Assembly (NCBI GenBank): GCA_963774265.1
Contig: CAVZDU010000006.1
Span: forward strand, 32,001-96,000
DNA from: an uncultured Chloroflexia bacterium
GTDB taxonomy: Bacteria > Chloroflexota > Anaerolineae > CG2-30-64-16
Direction: 5' to 3'
Length of the DNA stretch: 64,000 bases
A program made the translations under genes and the position numbers. This document shows, piece by piece, positions 31,104-41,722 of the stretch (its first letter is position 1; every line of letters starts with the position of its first letter). The notes beneath the pieces are model-generated. The model was given only the letters and a program-made list of their open reading frames with translations, was not told the origin of the DNA and ran no database searches.

Positions 31104-34100
31104 ATGAGTGCGTCGAGAAGTCGAAGTGTGTCGGTCTATGTGATGATCGCCGCGATCATCCTGTCCCTCTTCGGTCCGGCCGCAGTGTCGGCCTCCGGGT
31201 CTCCCCAAAATGCCCCACCCTCCACGGGAGAGTCAGTGGTTTTCTTCGCCGCCGATGGCATGCTGCAGAACAAAGTCGCAGGCTACGCAGCCCAGGGTTC
31301 GCTTCCGCAGCTGGGCGGCTTGCTGAAAAAGGGCGCCCATGCCAGCGATGGCGGCATGCTAACCCAGGCGCCGCCCAACACGGGCGCAGGCTGGTACAGC
31401 CTGGCAACCGGGGCCTGGTCGGGCGTGCATGGCTCGACGAACAACACGTTCCATATCAATGGCACACCTTTCAGCAACCGCAAGGCCGCATTTGACGCGG
31501 GCGTGCTGCAAGCCGAGACCATTGCGCAAGCCGCGGAGCGCGGCGGCAAGAAGGTCGCACAGATCGAATGGGCCGGCGGGCGCGGCGCGCTCATCAACGG
31601 CCCGACCGTGGACTATCGGAATTTCTATTCCGGCCGTGGCGTGGCCACCAACTACATCAGCCCCACGGATCTGCCCAATTTCGTCGCGGCCTTCGGCCTG
31701 CAGTTCGATCATCCGGCAGGCTTTGCGGGACAAGCCGCATTCCCGGGGGCCGCCCCTGTCGACGCCACAGGATGGACAAACGTGCCGACCTCTTACAGCA
31801 CCGCGAAGGAACTGCGCATGCGGGTGCTGGATTTCGGCACGGACAAGTACGGGCTTAACGCCTACATCTTCGACGCCACAAACGACGGGGCCGTGAACTA
31901 TGACAAGGTGCTGCTGGCCGCGGGCAAGGACGGGGCGGCAGCCGTGGCAACGCTGGCCCGGGGTCAGTCGGCCGACGTGAAGGTGAAGATCTCGGGCGGC
32001 GCGCTGGACGGGAAGACCGCGGGTTTCCTGGTCAAGATCGAGGAGCTGACCCCGGACCTCTCCAAGGTGCGGCTGTTCCATACGTCAGTAGCCCGTGCCA
32101 TCGCGACATGGCCCGGCTGGTCTGAGTCCGGCTTCGCGGGCGACTTCGAAGAGTACGTCGCGCAGAAGTTCCCCTCCTCGACCGCGGCGGACTATGCCGT
32201 GGTGGAGGCCGGGATCGTGAGCGAAGAGACCTATGTGGAACAAGGGCTGGCGTGGGAAAAACTGTACATGCCGCTCATCCGCTACATCCTGGAAGCCTAC
32301 CAGCCCGACCTGGTGTTGGCCGGTTACCCGACGATCGACGAATTCCAGCACCAGTTCCTGGGCCTGGTCACGCCGACCCTGCCAAACGGGAAGCCGAACC
32401 CGGCGTACGACGATGTGCAGGTGAACGGCACGCCGGATGGCCGTGTTTCCGTGCGCGAGCGCTTCCTGCGCCGCGCCTACCAGGGTGCGGACTCCACCCT
32501 GTCTCTGGTCAATTCATTGATGCCGAAGCAGACGACCACGTTTGCGGCGTCGGATCACGGTTTTGCAGCGCAGTTCCTGGCCGTCGATGCCAGCAAGGTG
32601 CTGGTGGATTTGGGGCTGCTGTCCAAACCGCAGACCTCCAACTGCCGCCCGGCGACCGGCGAGACGATCGGCAAGGCCAAGGCCTGTTGGGCCGGCGGGA
32701 CCGTGCAGATCTACCTCAACCTGGCGGGACGTGATCCAGTCAACGCCAGTTTCCAGCAGGTGGCTGCCGCGGATGAAGCCACGACGGTCGCCGCGATCAA
32801 GGCCGCGTTCCAGGCCCTGAGCGATCCGAACGACTGGACGGGCGACGGCCAGCCTGAGGGCTGGATGGTGATCGACCGGGTCTTCACCAAAGCAGAGGCG
32901 CGCTACATTCCGAACGGCCCGGGCAGCACCGCGGACATGGCGCATCCCACCCGCACCGGCGACGTGGTTGCGTTCGCCTACCCGCCCTACCAGTTCGATG
33001 CCGCGACGCCCGGCACGCTGGTCGCGCTTTCAGCGTTCTTCGGACAGCACGGCTATGTGCCGGATGTCCAGAACCTTGCCGCGAACATCAACATGCGCGC
33101 TACGTTCATCGCGGGCGGGCAGAACATCGCCAAGGGCGAATTCAGCGGCATTCGCACCATCGACCTGGCGCCGACCGTGGCCTTCCTGATGGGCGTTCCG
33201 ATGCCGCAGCACTCGCAAGGCCGGGTGCTGACGGAGATCGTGCGCGGCGGCGAGCGCTACAAGGCCATCAGCGTGATCGGGCTGAACGACTTCCACGGGC
33301 AGTTGGAGCCAACCACCCGGACGATCGACAATATAAACGTCCCGGTCGGCGGTGCGGCGCAACTGGGCACGCTGTTTGACGAGGAAGCCGCTCAATTGCC
33401 CGGGCCCGCACTGCTCCTCGCCGCGGGCGACAACGTCGGCGCGTCGCCCGCGAACTCGGGCCTGTTGAAAGACATGCCCGCGATCGATGTGGAGAACGCA
33501 TGGGGCCTGGACGCGACCGCGTTCGGCAACCACGAGTTCGATTACGGCGTCGCCCGGCTGCAAGAGCAGATCGCACGCGCGAACTTCCCCTTCCTCGGGG
33601 TGAATATCGTCGAGGAAAGCACCGGCCAACATCCGGACTGGGTGAAGTCCAGCGAGGTCTTCACGGTCAACGGCGTAAAGGTGGGCGTTATCGGCGTGGG
33701 CCTGGAGAACACGCCCGAGCTCGTCTCCGCGAGCGCCACTGCGGGGCTCAGATTCCTCCCCGCGATCGAGACCATCCAGCGCGGAATCCGAGCGGCTGCG
33801 CCAACAAGGCGTTCGCGTGCAGATCGTGGCGATCCACGAAGGGCCGAGCCTCGGCGATAACGCGGTCGATGGCAGCGCCGCAGTTCCGTGGGAAGGCCCG
33901 GTGATCACGATCGTCGAGGGCTTGCAGGATACGACGGTCGACATGGTCCTGGCAGGGCACACCCACAAGATCGCCAACACCATGGTCGGCAGAATCCTGG
34001 TCACCGAAGGGCTCAATGCCGGTGCGACCTACTCCGTCGCGCAGATGCTGGTGACCGGGGGCGATGTCGCGTGGGCCGGCGCCGCGAACCGGGTGGCCAA

Positions 34101-34812
34101 GAACCTGGGCGTGGCGCAGCGCCCCGATGTGAAGGCCATCGTCGACGACGCGAACGCACAGGTGGCCGTCCTTGCGAATGTGGTCATCGGCACGCAGCAG
34201 TTTGACATCAAGCGTGGTCCGACGCGGCTGTTTGAATCGGCGATGGGCAACATGGTGGCGGACGCGGTGCGCTCGTCGTACGCGGGCCTGGAGGCAACTT
34301 ATACCAACTCGGGCGGCCTGCGCGCCGGACCTGAACTGCGCGCCGCCGAGCGCGGGCGAGCAGCCCTGCGAGATTACGTGGGGCGAGATGTTCTCCGTGC
34401 TGCCGTTCGGCAACCGGACCGTGATCCTGACGCTGACCGGCGCGCAGCTGGAGCAGGCGTTCCTGAACGGCTTCTCGCCGGACTGCGACACGCGCCATCG
34501 CGACCGGCCGCTTCCCGCAGATCTCGGGGCTCAAGGTCACCTACACCTGCAACGGCACGACCCCGGTGGTGACCGGCATGTGGAAGACGCCGCAGGGCAT
34601 CTTGGGACCGGCCACCCCGATCGGGCCGGCGGACACCGTCCGCCTCGTCACACTTCGACTTTATGTACACCGGCGGTGACGGATACACCGTGTTCACTCA
34701 GGCGACGAACGTCCTGCAGCCCGGCGACGACCTGCTCCAGCTGGCGGTGAACTACGTCGCGGACAATTCGCCGGTCGGCCCGGTGGTGGATGGGCGCATC
34801 GTCAAACAGTAA
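31104..34812 (+). CDS. Secreted alkaline-phosphatase-superfamily (NPP-like) plus 5'-nucleotidase fusion (several frameshifts after ~33780)
   Basis: Signal peptide; [41 protein letters not shown]; then [55 protein letters not shown]. Confidence 0.85.
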
Positions 34813-34838
34813 GCCCTGACTGAATCAGTCACACACGG

Positions 34839-34880
34839 AGAAGGCCGGCTCCTCGACAAGAAGCCGGCCTTCTTTCATTT
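34839..34880 (+). terminator. Rho-independent terminator between convergent genes
   Basis: AGAAGGCCGGCT (34839-34850) / AGCCGGCCTTCT (34862-34873) followed by TTCATTT. Confidence 0.8.
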
Positions 34881-34912
34881 GCGGCCCCGGAACCAACCGG
34901 CGATCGCACCTC

Positions 34913-36127
34913 TCAGGGTTGATTCGGCCCCAACACCCGCCTCGCGATCTCCACGGTGTCGAGCGCGATCATGCGCTCCTCGTTGGTGGCAACCACCAGC
35001 GCCTTGGCACGGGAAGCGGACGGACTGATGACCGCATCACCCCGTGCCGCAGCGTTGAGCACATCATCCACGACCAACCCGAGGAAACCGAGCCCCTCAC
35101 AGGAGAGCTTGCGCACGTCGGGTGAATTCTCTCCGATGCCGGCCGTGAAAACGACTGCATCAAGCCCGCCCATCGCCGCGGCGTAGGAGCCGATATAGCT
35201 GCGCACCCGGTAGGCGAACATGTCCAGGGCCAGCCGGCACCGGTCGTTGCCCGCCTGGGCCTGCTCGACGATTACGCGCATATCGTTGCTCACGCCCGAG
35301 ACCCCCAGCAACCCACTTTCGCGGTAGTAAAGCCGCTCGACCTGGTCCAGCGTCATGCCCAGGTCGCGGACCAAATAGAAAACCAGGCCCGGATCGATGT
35401 CGCCGGTGCGCGTGCCCATCATAACCCCGCCAAAGGTCGCGAAGCCGATGCTGGTATCGACCGACTTGCCGCCGTCCACCGCTGCGATCGTGACGCCATT
35501 GCCCAGGTGGCAGATCACCATCTTGAGTGCATCGAGTGGTCGATCCAGGATTTGAGCGGCGCGCCTCGCCACGTAACGGCACGATGTGCCGTGGAAGCCG
35601 TACTTGCGGATCTTATGCCGCGTGTAGTATTCGAGCGGGATGGCGTACAGGTAAGCCGGCCGCGGCATCGTCTGGTGAAATGAGGTGTCGAAGACAGCCA
35701 CGTGTGGAGCATGCGGGAAGAGCTTCTGTCCCTCGTAGATACCGATCAGGTTCGGCGGGTTGTGGAGCGGCGCGAGGGGCACGCACTCCTCCAGCTTGGC
35801 GATGACCTCGGGGGTAATCAGGGTGGACTCAAGGAAGACGTCTGCCCCGTGCACCGCGCGATGTCCGACCGCGGTGACCTCATCGGTGCTCCGGATGGCC
35901 CCCCGCCCGGGATCAAGAAGCGCTTCGACCAGCAGCTCGAATGCATCGTGATGGTCGTGCACCACCACGTCGCGACGGAAGGACGTGGCTGCGGTCTCCT
36001 GGCTGATATAAGAGCCTACCTCGCCCAGCCGTGCTACGATGCCCTTCGCGTGCACGACCTCGACTGCTTCGTCGAAGAGCTGGTATTTAATGGTGGAGCT
36101 ACCGGAGTTGATCACCAGGATTTTCAT
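34913..36127 (-). CDS. ackA: Acetate/propionate kinase (PduW-equivalent)
   Basis: [13 protein letters not shown]; GHRAVHG; PLHNP; VFDTSFH; YGFHGTS; HLGNG; FTAGIGEN; TNEERMIA. Confidence 0.95.
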   Translation of the reverse strand: MKILVINSGSSTIKYQLFDEAVEVVHAKGIVARLGEVGSYISQETAATSFRRDVVVHDHHDAFELLVEALLDPGRGAIRSTDEVTAVGHRAVHGADVFLESTLITPEVIAKLEECVPLAPLHNPPNLIGIYEGQKLFPHAPHVAVFDTSFHQTMPRPAYLYAIPLEYYTRHKIRKYGFHGTSCRYVARRAAQILDRPLDALKMVICHLGNGVTIAAVDGGKSVDTSIGFATFGGVMMGTRTGDIDPGLVFYLVRDLGMTLDQVERLYYRESGLLGVSGVSNDMRVIVEQAQAGNDRCRLALDMFAYRVRSYIGSYAAAMGGLDAVVFTAGIGENSPDVRKLSCEGLGFLGLVVDDVLNAAARGDAVISPSASRAKALVVATNEERMIALDTVEIARRVLGPNQP

Positions 36128-37733
36128 GGACAGCCATCCTGTTCGGGAAATCGCGCGCCCGGCGGCGGTAGACCAGGGGGGTCATCCCGGTCTCGCGCCG
36201 GAAGACCCGGTAAAAATAGGTCGGGTCATCATACCCTGCCTGCCCTGCAACGGCGGCGACCTTGAGGTCTGTCTCGGCCAGCAGGCGCTTGGCTTCCTCC
36301 ATGCGCAACGTAGTGAGGTAGCGCACAAAGCTCGCGCCTACCTGGGTGTGCAGGAGATGGGCCAGGTGCGACGCGCTGACGTTGGCGACGGAGGCCACGT
36401 CTTTCAACTGGAGGTCGGGCCTACGGAAATTTTCCGTCAGGAACTGCACGGCGCGCTCGACGACGTTATCCTTGGCTGCGACAGGCGCGATTTGGCCCTT
36501 GAGCAGCTTGAGACTCTCCTGCGCCCAGGCGCGCAACGCCACGGCGCTGCGCAGGCCGTTGAGAGCCACGATGCGCTGGTGGGCGATCCGCAGCACCGGT
36601 TCGAACGGCGCCCCGGCATCGATGGCGGCGCGCGAGGTCAGCGTGATCAGCTCGGCAAAGCGGGTGTGCACCATTTCGGGCGGATCGCATGGCAGCTCCA
36701 ACAGGTAGTCAACCAGTTGGTCCAGCACCCTGCTGCACTGCTCCAGGTCGCCCACGCGCATCTGATACAGCAGCGCCCGCTCCGCTGCCATTGGGTAGGG
36801 CTGTGGCGCTCGATCCGTCCTCCGCGTGTCATCCACGTGGACGACGCTGTTGCCGCCCGACGCGAGCCGCAGCCACTGGGCACGCTGCGCCTCGGAATAG
36901 GAGACCGGCGCCAGGTCCAGTGTCGGATAGCGACGCCCGATGGTGACGGTGGCCGTGACCGGCGCGCCCGACTCGACGGCGACGCGAATCCGGTGCCCCA
37001 GTTCTTTCAGCCGCGCCGTGCTCGCCAACGGGCCTTCGGCCGAGATCACCACAATCGCCTGGCCCGCCTCAACGTCGGCCACCAGCGCGGTGGGCACATC
37101 AGCCACGGCGCGGCGCACGATGTCGCCGAGCAGCCCCGCAGGCTGCACACCGGGGTCCGGGTCGTGGCGATCGACAGTCACCACCATGACCGCCGGCCAA
37201 CTGATCTCTTTCCCGAGGTAGGCCTCCAGCTGCTCCGTCATCTGGCGCGGCGGCGTGTCTCCCTTCACCATCGAGAGGACCAGACGCGCTTCTACCAGGG
37301 GCAAGGCGGCCTGCAGCCGGAGCCGGGTTTCGACGGTGGAGTGGCGGCTTTTATGTTCCTCCGCGACCTGTGTTCTGATGCGGGAGAGGGTCTCGATCAG
37401 TACGCTCGGCCTGACAGGTTTCAAAAGGTAGTCCACGGCGCCCAGGCGCAGCGCCTCTTGCGAAAATTCGAATTCGTCATAGGCGGTCAGGATCACCACC
37501 TTGACGCCGGGCTGCTGGGCGCGAATTGCACGCGTGGCTTCCAACCCGTCCATACCGGGCATCCGGACATCCATCAGAATGATATCGGGGTGCATCTGCT
37601 GCGCCAGGGTCACAGCTTCCTGCCCTGTGTGCGCCTCGCCAACGGGCCCCAGGTCCAACCCGGCGCTCCCGACGACGCTGCGTATCGTCTCGCGGACGAT
37701 GTCTTCGTCGTCGGCGATTAGCAGGCCTGGCAT
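36099..37733 (-). CDS. Response regulator with AraC HTH (YesN-like)
   Basis: LLIADDE...[15 protein letters not shown]...DYLLKP; C-terminal RMEEAKRLL...[20 protein letters not shown]. Confidence 0.92.
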   Translation of the reverse strand: MPGLLIADDEDIVRETIRSVVGSAGLDLGPVGEAHTGQEAVTLAQQMHPDIILMDVRMPGMDGLEATRAIRAQQPGVKVVILTAYDEFEFSQEALRLGAVDYLLKPVRPSVLIETLSRIRTQVAEEHKSRHSTVETRLRLQAALPLVEARLVLSMVKGDTPPRQMTEQLEAYLGKEISWPAVMVVTVDRHDPDPGVQPAGLLGDIVRRAVADVPTALVADVEAGQAIVVISAEGPLASTARLKELGHRIRVAVESGAPVTATVTIGRRYPTLDLAPVSYSEAQRAQWLRLASGGNSVVHVDDTRRTDRAPQPYPMAAERALLYQMRVGDLEQCSRVLDQLVDYLLELPCDPPEMVHTRFAELITLTSRAAIDAGAPFEPVLRIAHQRIVALNGLRSAVALRAWAQESLKLLKGQIAPVAAKDNVVERAVQFLTENFRRPDLQLKDVASVANVSASHLAHLLHTQVGASFVRYLTTLRMEEAKRLLAETDLKVAAVAGQAGYDDPTYFYRVFRRETGMTPLVYRRRARDFPNRMAVHENPGDQLR

Positions 37734-37735
37734 CC

Positions 37736-38998
37736 CTATTCCTCCGGTCCGGAGCCCTGCGCTTGCGGCGGGTCCAACGGCAGGCGGATGGTCACCCGTG
37801 TGCCGCGTCCCGGCGTGCTGTTAACGTCGATGCTGCCGCGGGCGCCATACTCGAGCTCGAGCCGGCGGATCACGTTGGTGAGGCCCACCGCATGTCCGAG
37901 CTGGGAAGCGAACCGGCGCGTCTGAATGGCATCCAGGATTTCCGACTCCATGCCCGCGCCGTCGTCGCTGACCTCGAGGACAAGACCCCCGGCGCCGCTC
38001 GTTGCGCGGACGACCAGGGTCACGGTCCGGGCCAGCGGTTCCACGGCGTGAACGATCGCGTTCTCGACCAGCGGCTGCAGCAGCATGCACGGGATGCGCA
38101 CGTTCTCGAGGGTCGTGTCGACGTCCACCTCCACGTTGACCCGCGCGCCGAAGCGCAGCTTTTGGATGGCCAGATAACGCTGAACGGCCTCCACCTCTTG
38201 CCCCAGCGTCACCGGCGTGGCCAGGTTCCGCAGGCTGTAACGCAGCAGATCGGTCAGGCAGTACGAGATGTCCTCGGTCTGCCGGGCATTCTCGCGCAAT
38301 GCGGTGTAACTGATCAGGCCGAGCGCGTTGAAGAGGAAATGGGGGTTGATCTGCGACTCGAGCGTGCGCAACTGCGATTCCTGCAGCGCAGCCTGCAATG
38401 CCGCCGCGCGCTTCGTCTCTTCCAGCAGCGCGGCCTGGGTCAGGTTGACGACCCCCATCTCGACGATGTAGTTGGCGACCTGGAAGAGCATCTCAGCGGC
38501 CGCATCGATGCGTTCGCGCGGCGCGCTAGGGGTCTCGCGGGCGGCATCCTCCAGTGTGCGCAAGGGGATGCCCAGGCCGGCGTTGCGCTCCACCATCCCG
38601 GCCACAAACTCATCGCGCTGTCCCGCGGGCACCACCTGGCCGCAAAGGATACAGCCCAGGTAGTCCCCCTCGATGATGATCGGCGCGGCAATGTCGATCA
38701 GCCCACCCTTGCAGACGTAGGAGTATGGGCCCCGGCGCGCCCTGGCCGCCATGCCCCCCTCGGCGTCGCATTCCATGCAGCGTCGCAGCCCGGCACTGGT
38801 CTCCCGGATCAGGCGGCACACGCGCACGAAGCCGCTATCGCGAGTCACGGGTATGCCGACACGGTCGACGATGACGGCGCCAAACCCCATCGCTTTGGCG
38901 AAGGTATCCTGGATGCGCTGCAGGACCGCGACATCGACGGTATCGGCCAGGTCAAGGCCCCCGGGGCCTCTGGTGCGAAAGTGACTGAGCAAGGCCAA
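37736..38998 (-). CDS. Cytoplasmic histidine kinase with PocR ligand-binding domain (YesM/LytS-type)
   Basis: [13 protein letters not shown]...VCRLIR...CMECD...[29 protein letters not shown] (PocR); [14 protein letters not shown]; [11 protein letters not shown]; DDGAGM. Confidence 0.9.
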   Translation of the reverse strand: MALLSHFRTRGPGGLDLADTVDVAVLQRIQDTFAKAMGFGAVIVDRVGIPVTRDSGFVRVCRLIRETSAGLRRCMECDAEGGMAARARRGPYSYVCKGGLIDIAAPIIIEGDYLGCILCGQVVPAGQRDEFVAGMVERNAGLGIPLRTLEDAARETPSAPRERIDAAAEMLFQVANYIVEMGVVNLTQAALLEETKRAAALQAALQESQLRTLESQINPHFLFNALGLISYTALRENARQTEDISYCLTDLLRYSLRNLATPVTLGQEVEAVQRYLAIQKLRFGARVNVEVDVDTTLENVRIPCMLLQPLVENAIVHAVEPLARTVTLVVRATSGAGGLVLEVSDDGAGMESEILDAIQTRRFASQLGHAVGLTNVIRRLELEYGARGSIDVNSTPGRGTRVTIRLPLDPPQAQGSGPEE

Positions 38999-39217
38999 AC
39001 TCCTAACGGGACGGCAGATGCTTCCGAGGGGCGACCCGCGGGCTGGCAGGATGTGAGAGTGCCGTACAACGCGATATTATCACTGTGGAGGGGCCAGCGC
39101 AAGGGCATGCGCCGCGCCCATCCCTATAATGGGTCGGGCAGCGCCTGCAATCAAGCGCTGCCCGACGCTGGCAGGGGTCAGGATGACCCTACGATGGACC
39201 AGAAACCTTCGGGCCCG

Positions 39218-39718
39218 CTACTTCTTGTCCGGCACGACGAGATTGGTGATCCACATGGAAAGCCATCCCAGGAGAATGCCGCAGAGCAGCGGGATCATGG
39301 TGGCGATCGTGGTCACCCACGGGCCGGTGCCACCCCCACTGACGCCGAACCAGCATGCAGCGCCGCAGAAGCCGGCCGGGACGGCGGCCCATAGCTTGTT
39401 GACCCCGCTCAGCGCGGTCAACGGCCATGCGATGAGGACGACGAAGATGCCCAACCAGATGAAGGCCGGGTCGTTGAACTTCAGCAGGCCGTAGATCCAG
39501 ATAAACAATCCGCTCAGGATGGCGCCCGTCCACAGCTGGATCGTGCCCTTCTTCATGGCATCGGTGTTAGCGCCAAGATAGAAGAACGCCGCCCAGCCCA
39601 CGAACGTGGGCCAGAGTACGAACGGTATGGAGCCAAAGGCCTTGACGTTGAGAACGATGACAGTCCAGATGCCGGCCAGCACGGCGATGCTGGTGGCCAA
39701 AACGAGAGTCTTTTTCAC
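39218..39718 (-). CDS. DUF1097-like multi-TM membrane protein
   Basis: About 166 aa, almost wholly hydrophobic; WPTFVGWAAFF...G...W.GA, PAGFCGAACWFG, GILLGWLS; GGAG RBS before GTG. Confidence 0.65.
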   Translation of the reverse strand: MKKTLVLATSIAVLAGIWTVIVLNVKAFGSIPFVLWPTFVGWAAFFYLGANTDAMKKGTIQLWTGAILSGLFIWIYGLLKFNDPAFIWLGIFVVLIAWPLTALSGVNKLWAAVPAGFCGAACWFGVSGGGTGPWVTTIATMIPLLCGILLGWLSMWITNLVVPDKK

Positions 39719-39863
39719 CTGAATGCTCCTTTTCCCTTCCTTGGGATCTGAATGAATGCGTCGTCGGCCAGTCGTTGCCAGGCTCCCGGGCTGGCCGCAC
39801 CCGGGAGCCCCAAGCTGCCGCCGGACGTGGCACGTCCGGCGTTCCACTTTTCAAACGCGTTTT

Positions 39864-40997
39864 TTAGTGCATGGCCTCAAACGTCGCCGGTTTCTTGCCG
39901 GTGCGAGCGAGGTAGGCGCGGCCGAGAGCGTCGGCGCCCTTGATTGCGGCGGCGATGTCGGCCACACAGGTGCTGCACGGCTCATTGTTGATTATGCCGC
40001 TGACGTTGTTGGCCACCAGCATGACCTTGTCATCCAGCGCCTTACCCGTCGACTTGACGCCCATTTCCGCGAGGGTGACCGGCAGCCCGACATCGGTGCA
40101 GAAGTCCAGCACCTCTTCGATCTCGTCCAGTTCGCGGTTCTCGAGGACAAGCTGAGTGAGGGTGCCGAAGGCAACCTTCTCGCCGTGGAACAGGTGATGG
40201 CACTCGGGCAGGGCCGTGAAGCCGTCATGCACAGCATGGGCGCCCGCCAGCCCCGAGCTCTCGAAGCCGAGGCCGCTCAGGAGGGTATTGGCCTCCATGA
40301 TGGCGTTCATGGCGGGGGTCGCCGCGTGCACCTCTGCCGCGGCCTTGGCCTGGCGGCCGAAGCGCATCAGCAGATCGAAGCACAGGTGGGCCAACGCCAG
40401 GGCCGCTTCGGTGGAATCGCCGCCCGGCATGTTCTTGGCGCGGGACTTGCGGCAGGCGTCCGCCTCGAACCAGGTGGCGAGGCCGTCGCCCATGCCGGCC
40501 ACCAGGAAGCGGGCCGGCGCCTTGGCGATCAGCTCGGAGTCCACCACCACCAGGTTGGGGTTCTGGGGCAGGACGTAGTACGACTCGAATACGTGGTCTT
40601 CGGTGTAGGTCACGGTCAACGCGCTGCAGGGTGCATCGGTCGACGCGATGGTCGGGATCACTACCACCGGGATCTTGTTCTCGTGGGCCACAGCCTTGCC
40701 GGTGTCGATGCACTTGCCGCCGCCGACCGCCAGCACCACGGTGCCGCCCTGGGCCTTGACGACCGCGTTGACGCGGTCGATCTCTTTGCGCGAGACCTCG
40801 CCCTGGAACTGTTCGAAATGCACTTTGACGCCGGCATCGGCGAGGGCCTTATTCAGATCCTCTTTGACCACGGCGTAGCCGGATTTGCTGCCCAGGATCA
40901 CGGCGTTCATGCCGAGTGCAGCAACGTGAGGGCCGACCTCGCGGATGGCCCCGGGGCCCTGCATGTACTTCGAGGGCGCGATCATGATTTGTGCCAT
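39864..40997 (-). CDS. gldA: Glycerol dehydrogenase (GldA/DhaD)
   Basis: APSKYMQG; GGGKCIDTGK; PTIASTDAPCS; GMGDGLATWFEA; LSGLGFESSGLAGAHAVHDG; HGEKVAFG; GGAGG RBS. Confidence 0.93.
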   Translation of the reverse strand: MAQIMIAPSKYMQGPGAIREVGPHVAALGMNAVILGSKSGYAVVKEDLNKALADAGVKVHFEQFQGEVSRKEIDRVNAVVKAQGGTVVLAVGGGKCIDTGKAVAHENKIPVVVIPTIASTDAPCSALTVTYTEDHVFESYYVLPQNPNLVVVDSELIAKAPARFLVAGMGDGLATWFEADACRKSRAKNMPGGDSTEAALALAHLCFDLLMRFGRQAKAAAEVHAATPAMNAIMEANTLLSGLGFESSGLAGAHAVHDGFTALPECHHLFHGEKVAFGTLTQLVLENRELDEIEEVLDFCTDVGLPVTLAEMGVKSTGKALDDKVMLVANNVSGIINNEPCSTCVADIAAAIKGADALGRAYLARTGKKPATFEAMH

Positions 40998-41163
40998 TGT
41001 GATAAGCCTCCCTGCTATGATTTGGTCACCGCACATGGTGACCTGACGATAGATTCGACGTGGCTCCCGCACGGGACCATCGACATGCCGTCTTACGCGC
41101 TTCGGCTGCTCCTCTGAGCGATCACCCCCCTTCACCAATCTTCGCGCCGACGCCGGCCCGATC

Positions 41164-41712
41164 CTACAACAGCTTCTCCACCAGATCGCGGTGCGGCGAG
41201 GGAATCACGACGTACGACTCGATCACGCCTTCGTCCTTCAGGAGATTCACGGCGCTGTCGACCGCAGATCGGACCGACGACACGTCGCCGCTAAAGATCG
41301 CAAATGCCTTCCCGCCCAGCGCAAACGGCAGCCGGATCTCCAGCAGGTCGATCTGCGCGGCCTTCACCGCCGTGTCTGCGGCCACGATGGCTGCGGCCAG
41401 AGTGAAGGTCTCGATCACACCCAGGGAGCGGACCTGGGACACCTCCGTGGTCGCGGTCAGCGCCGGGAAGATGGCCGGATGGGCGTTGGGCAGGACGAAG
41501 GTGTCCACGATGACGCCGGGCGCGATCGTCTCGCCGGCCGCCACGGCGCTGCGCACAGCGCCAACATCGCCGGCAATGAGGATGACGTACTTGCCCGGGC
41601 AGACCACATGCGCCCGCAATAGCTCCACGTCCGCGGCCTTGAGCATCGCATCCGTGGTTAGAATGCCCCGGGCAATGCTGCGCAGCTCGATCAATCCGAT
41701 GGATCGTTTCAC
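41164..41712 (-). CDS. pduT: BMC tandem-domain shell protein PduT
   Basis: IGLIELRSIARG..TDAMLKAADV...VCPGKY (Fe-S Cys); LGVIETF...DTAVKAA...LGGKA...PSPH. Confidence 0.9.
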   Translation of the reverse strand: MKRSIGLIELRSIARGILTTDAMLKAADVELLRAHVVCPGKYVILIAGDVGAVRSAVAAGETIAPGVIVDTFVLPNAHPAIFPALTATTEVSQVRSLGVIETFTLAAAIVAADTAVKAAQIDLLEIRLPFALGGKAFAIFSGDVSSVRSAVDSAVNLLKDEGVIESYVVIPSPHRDLVEKLL

Positions 41713-41722
41713 GCGTAACCCC

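Noticed and set aside
40998-41138. 47-aa N-terminal extension on GldA as an encapsulation peptide
   Set aside because: A GGAGG RBS sits before ATG 40997, and the extension has no amphipathic helix pattern.
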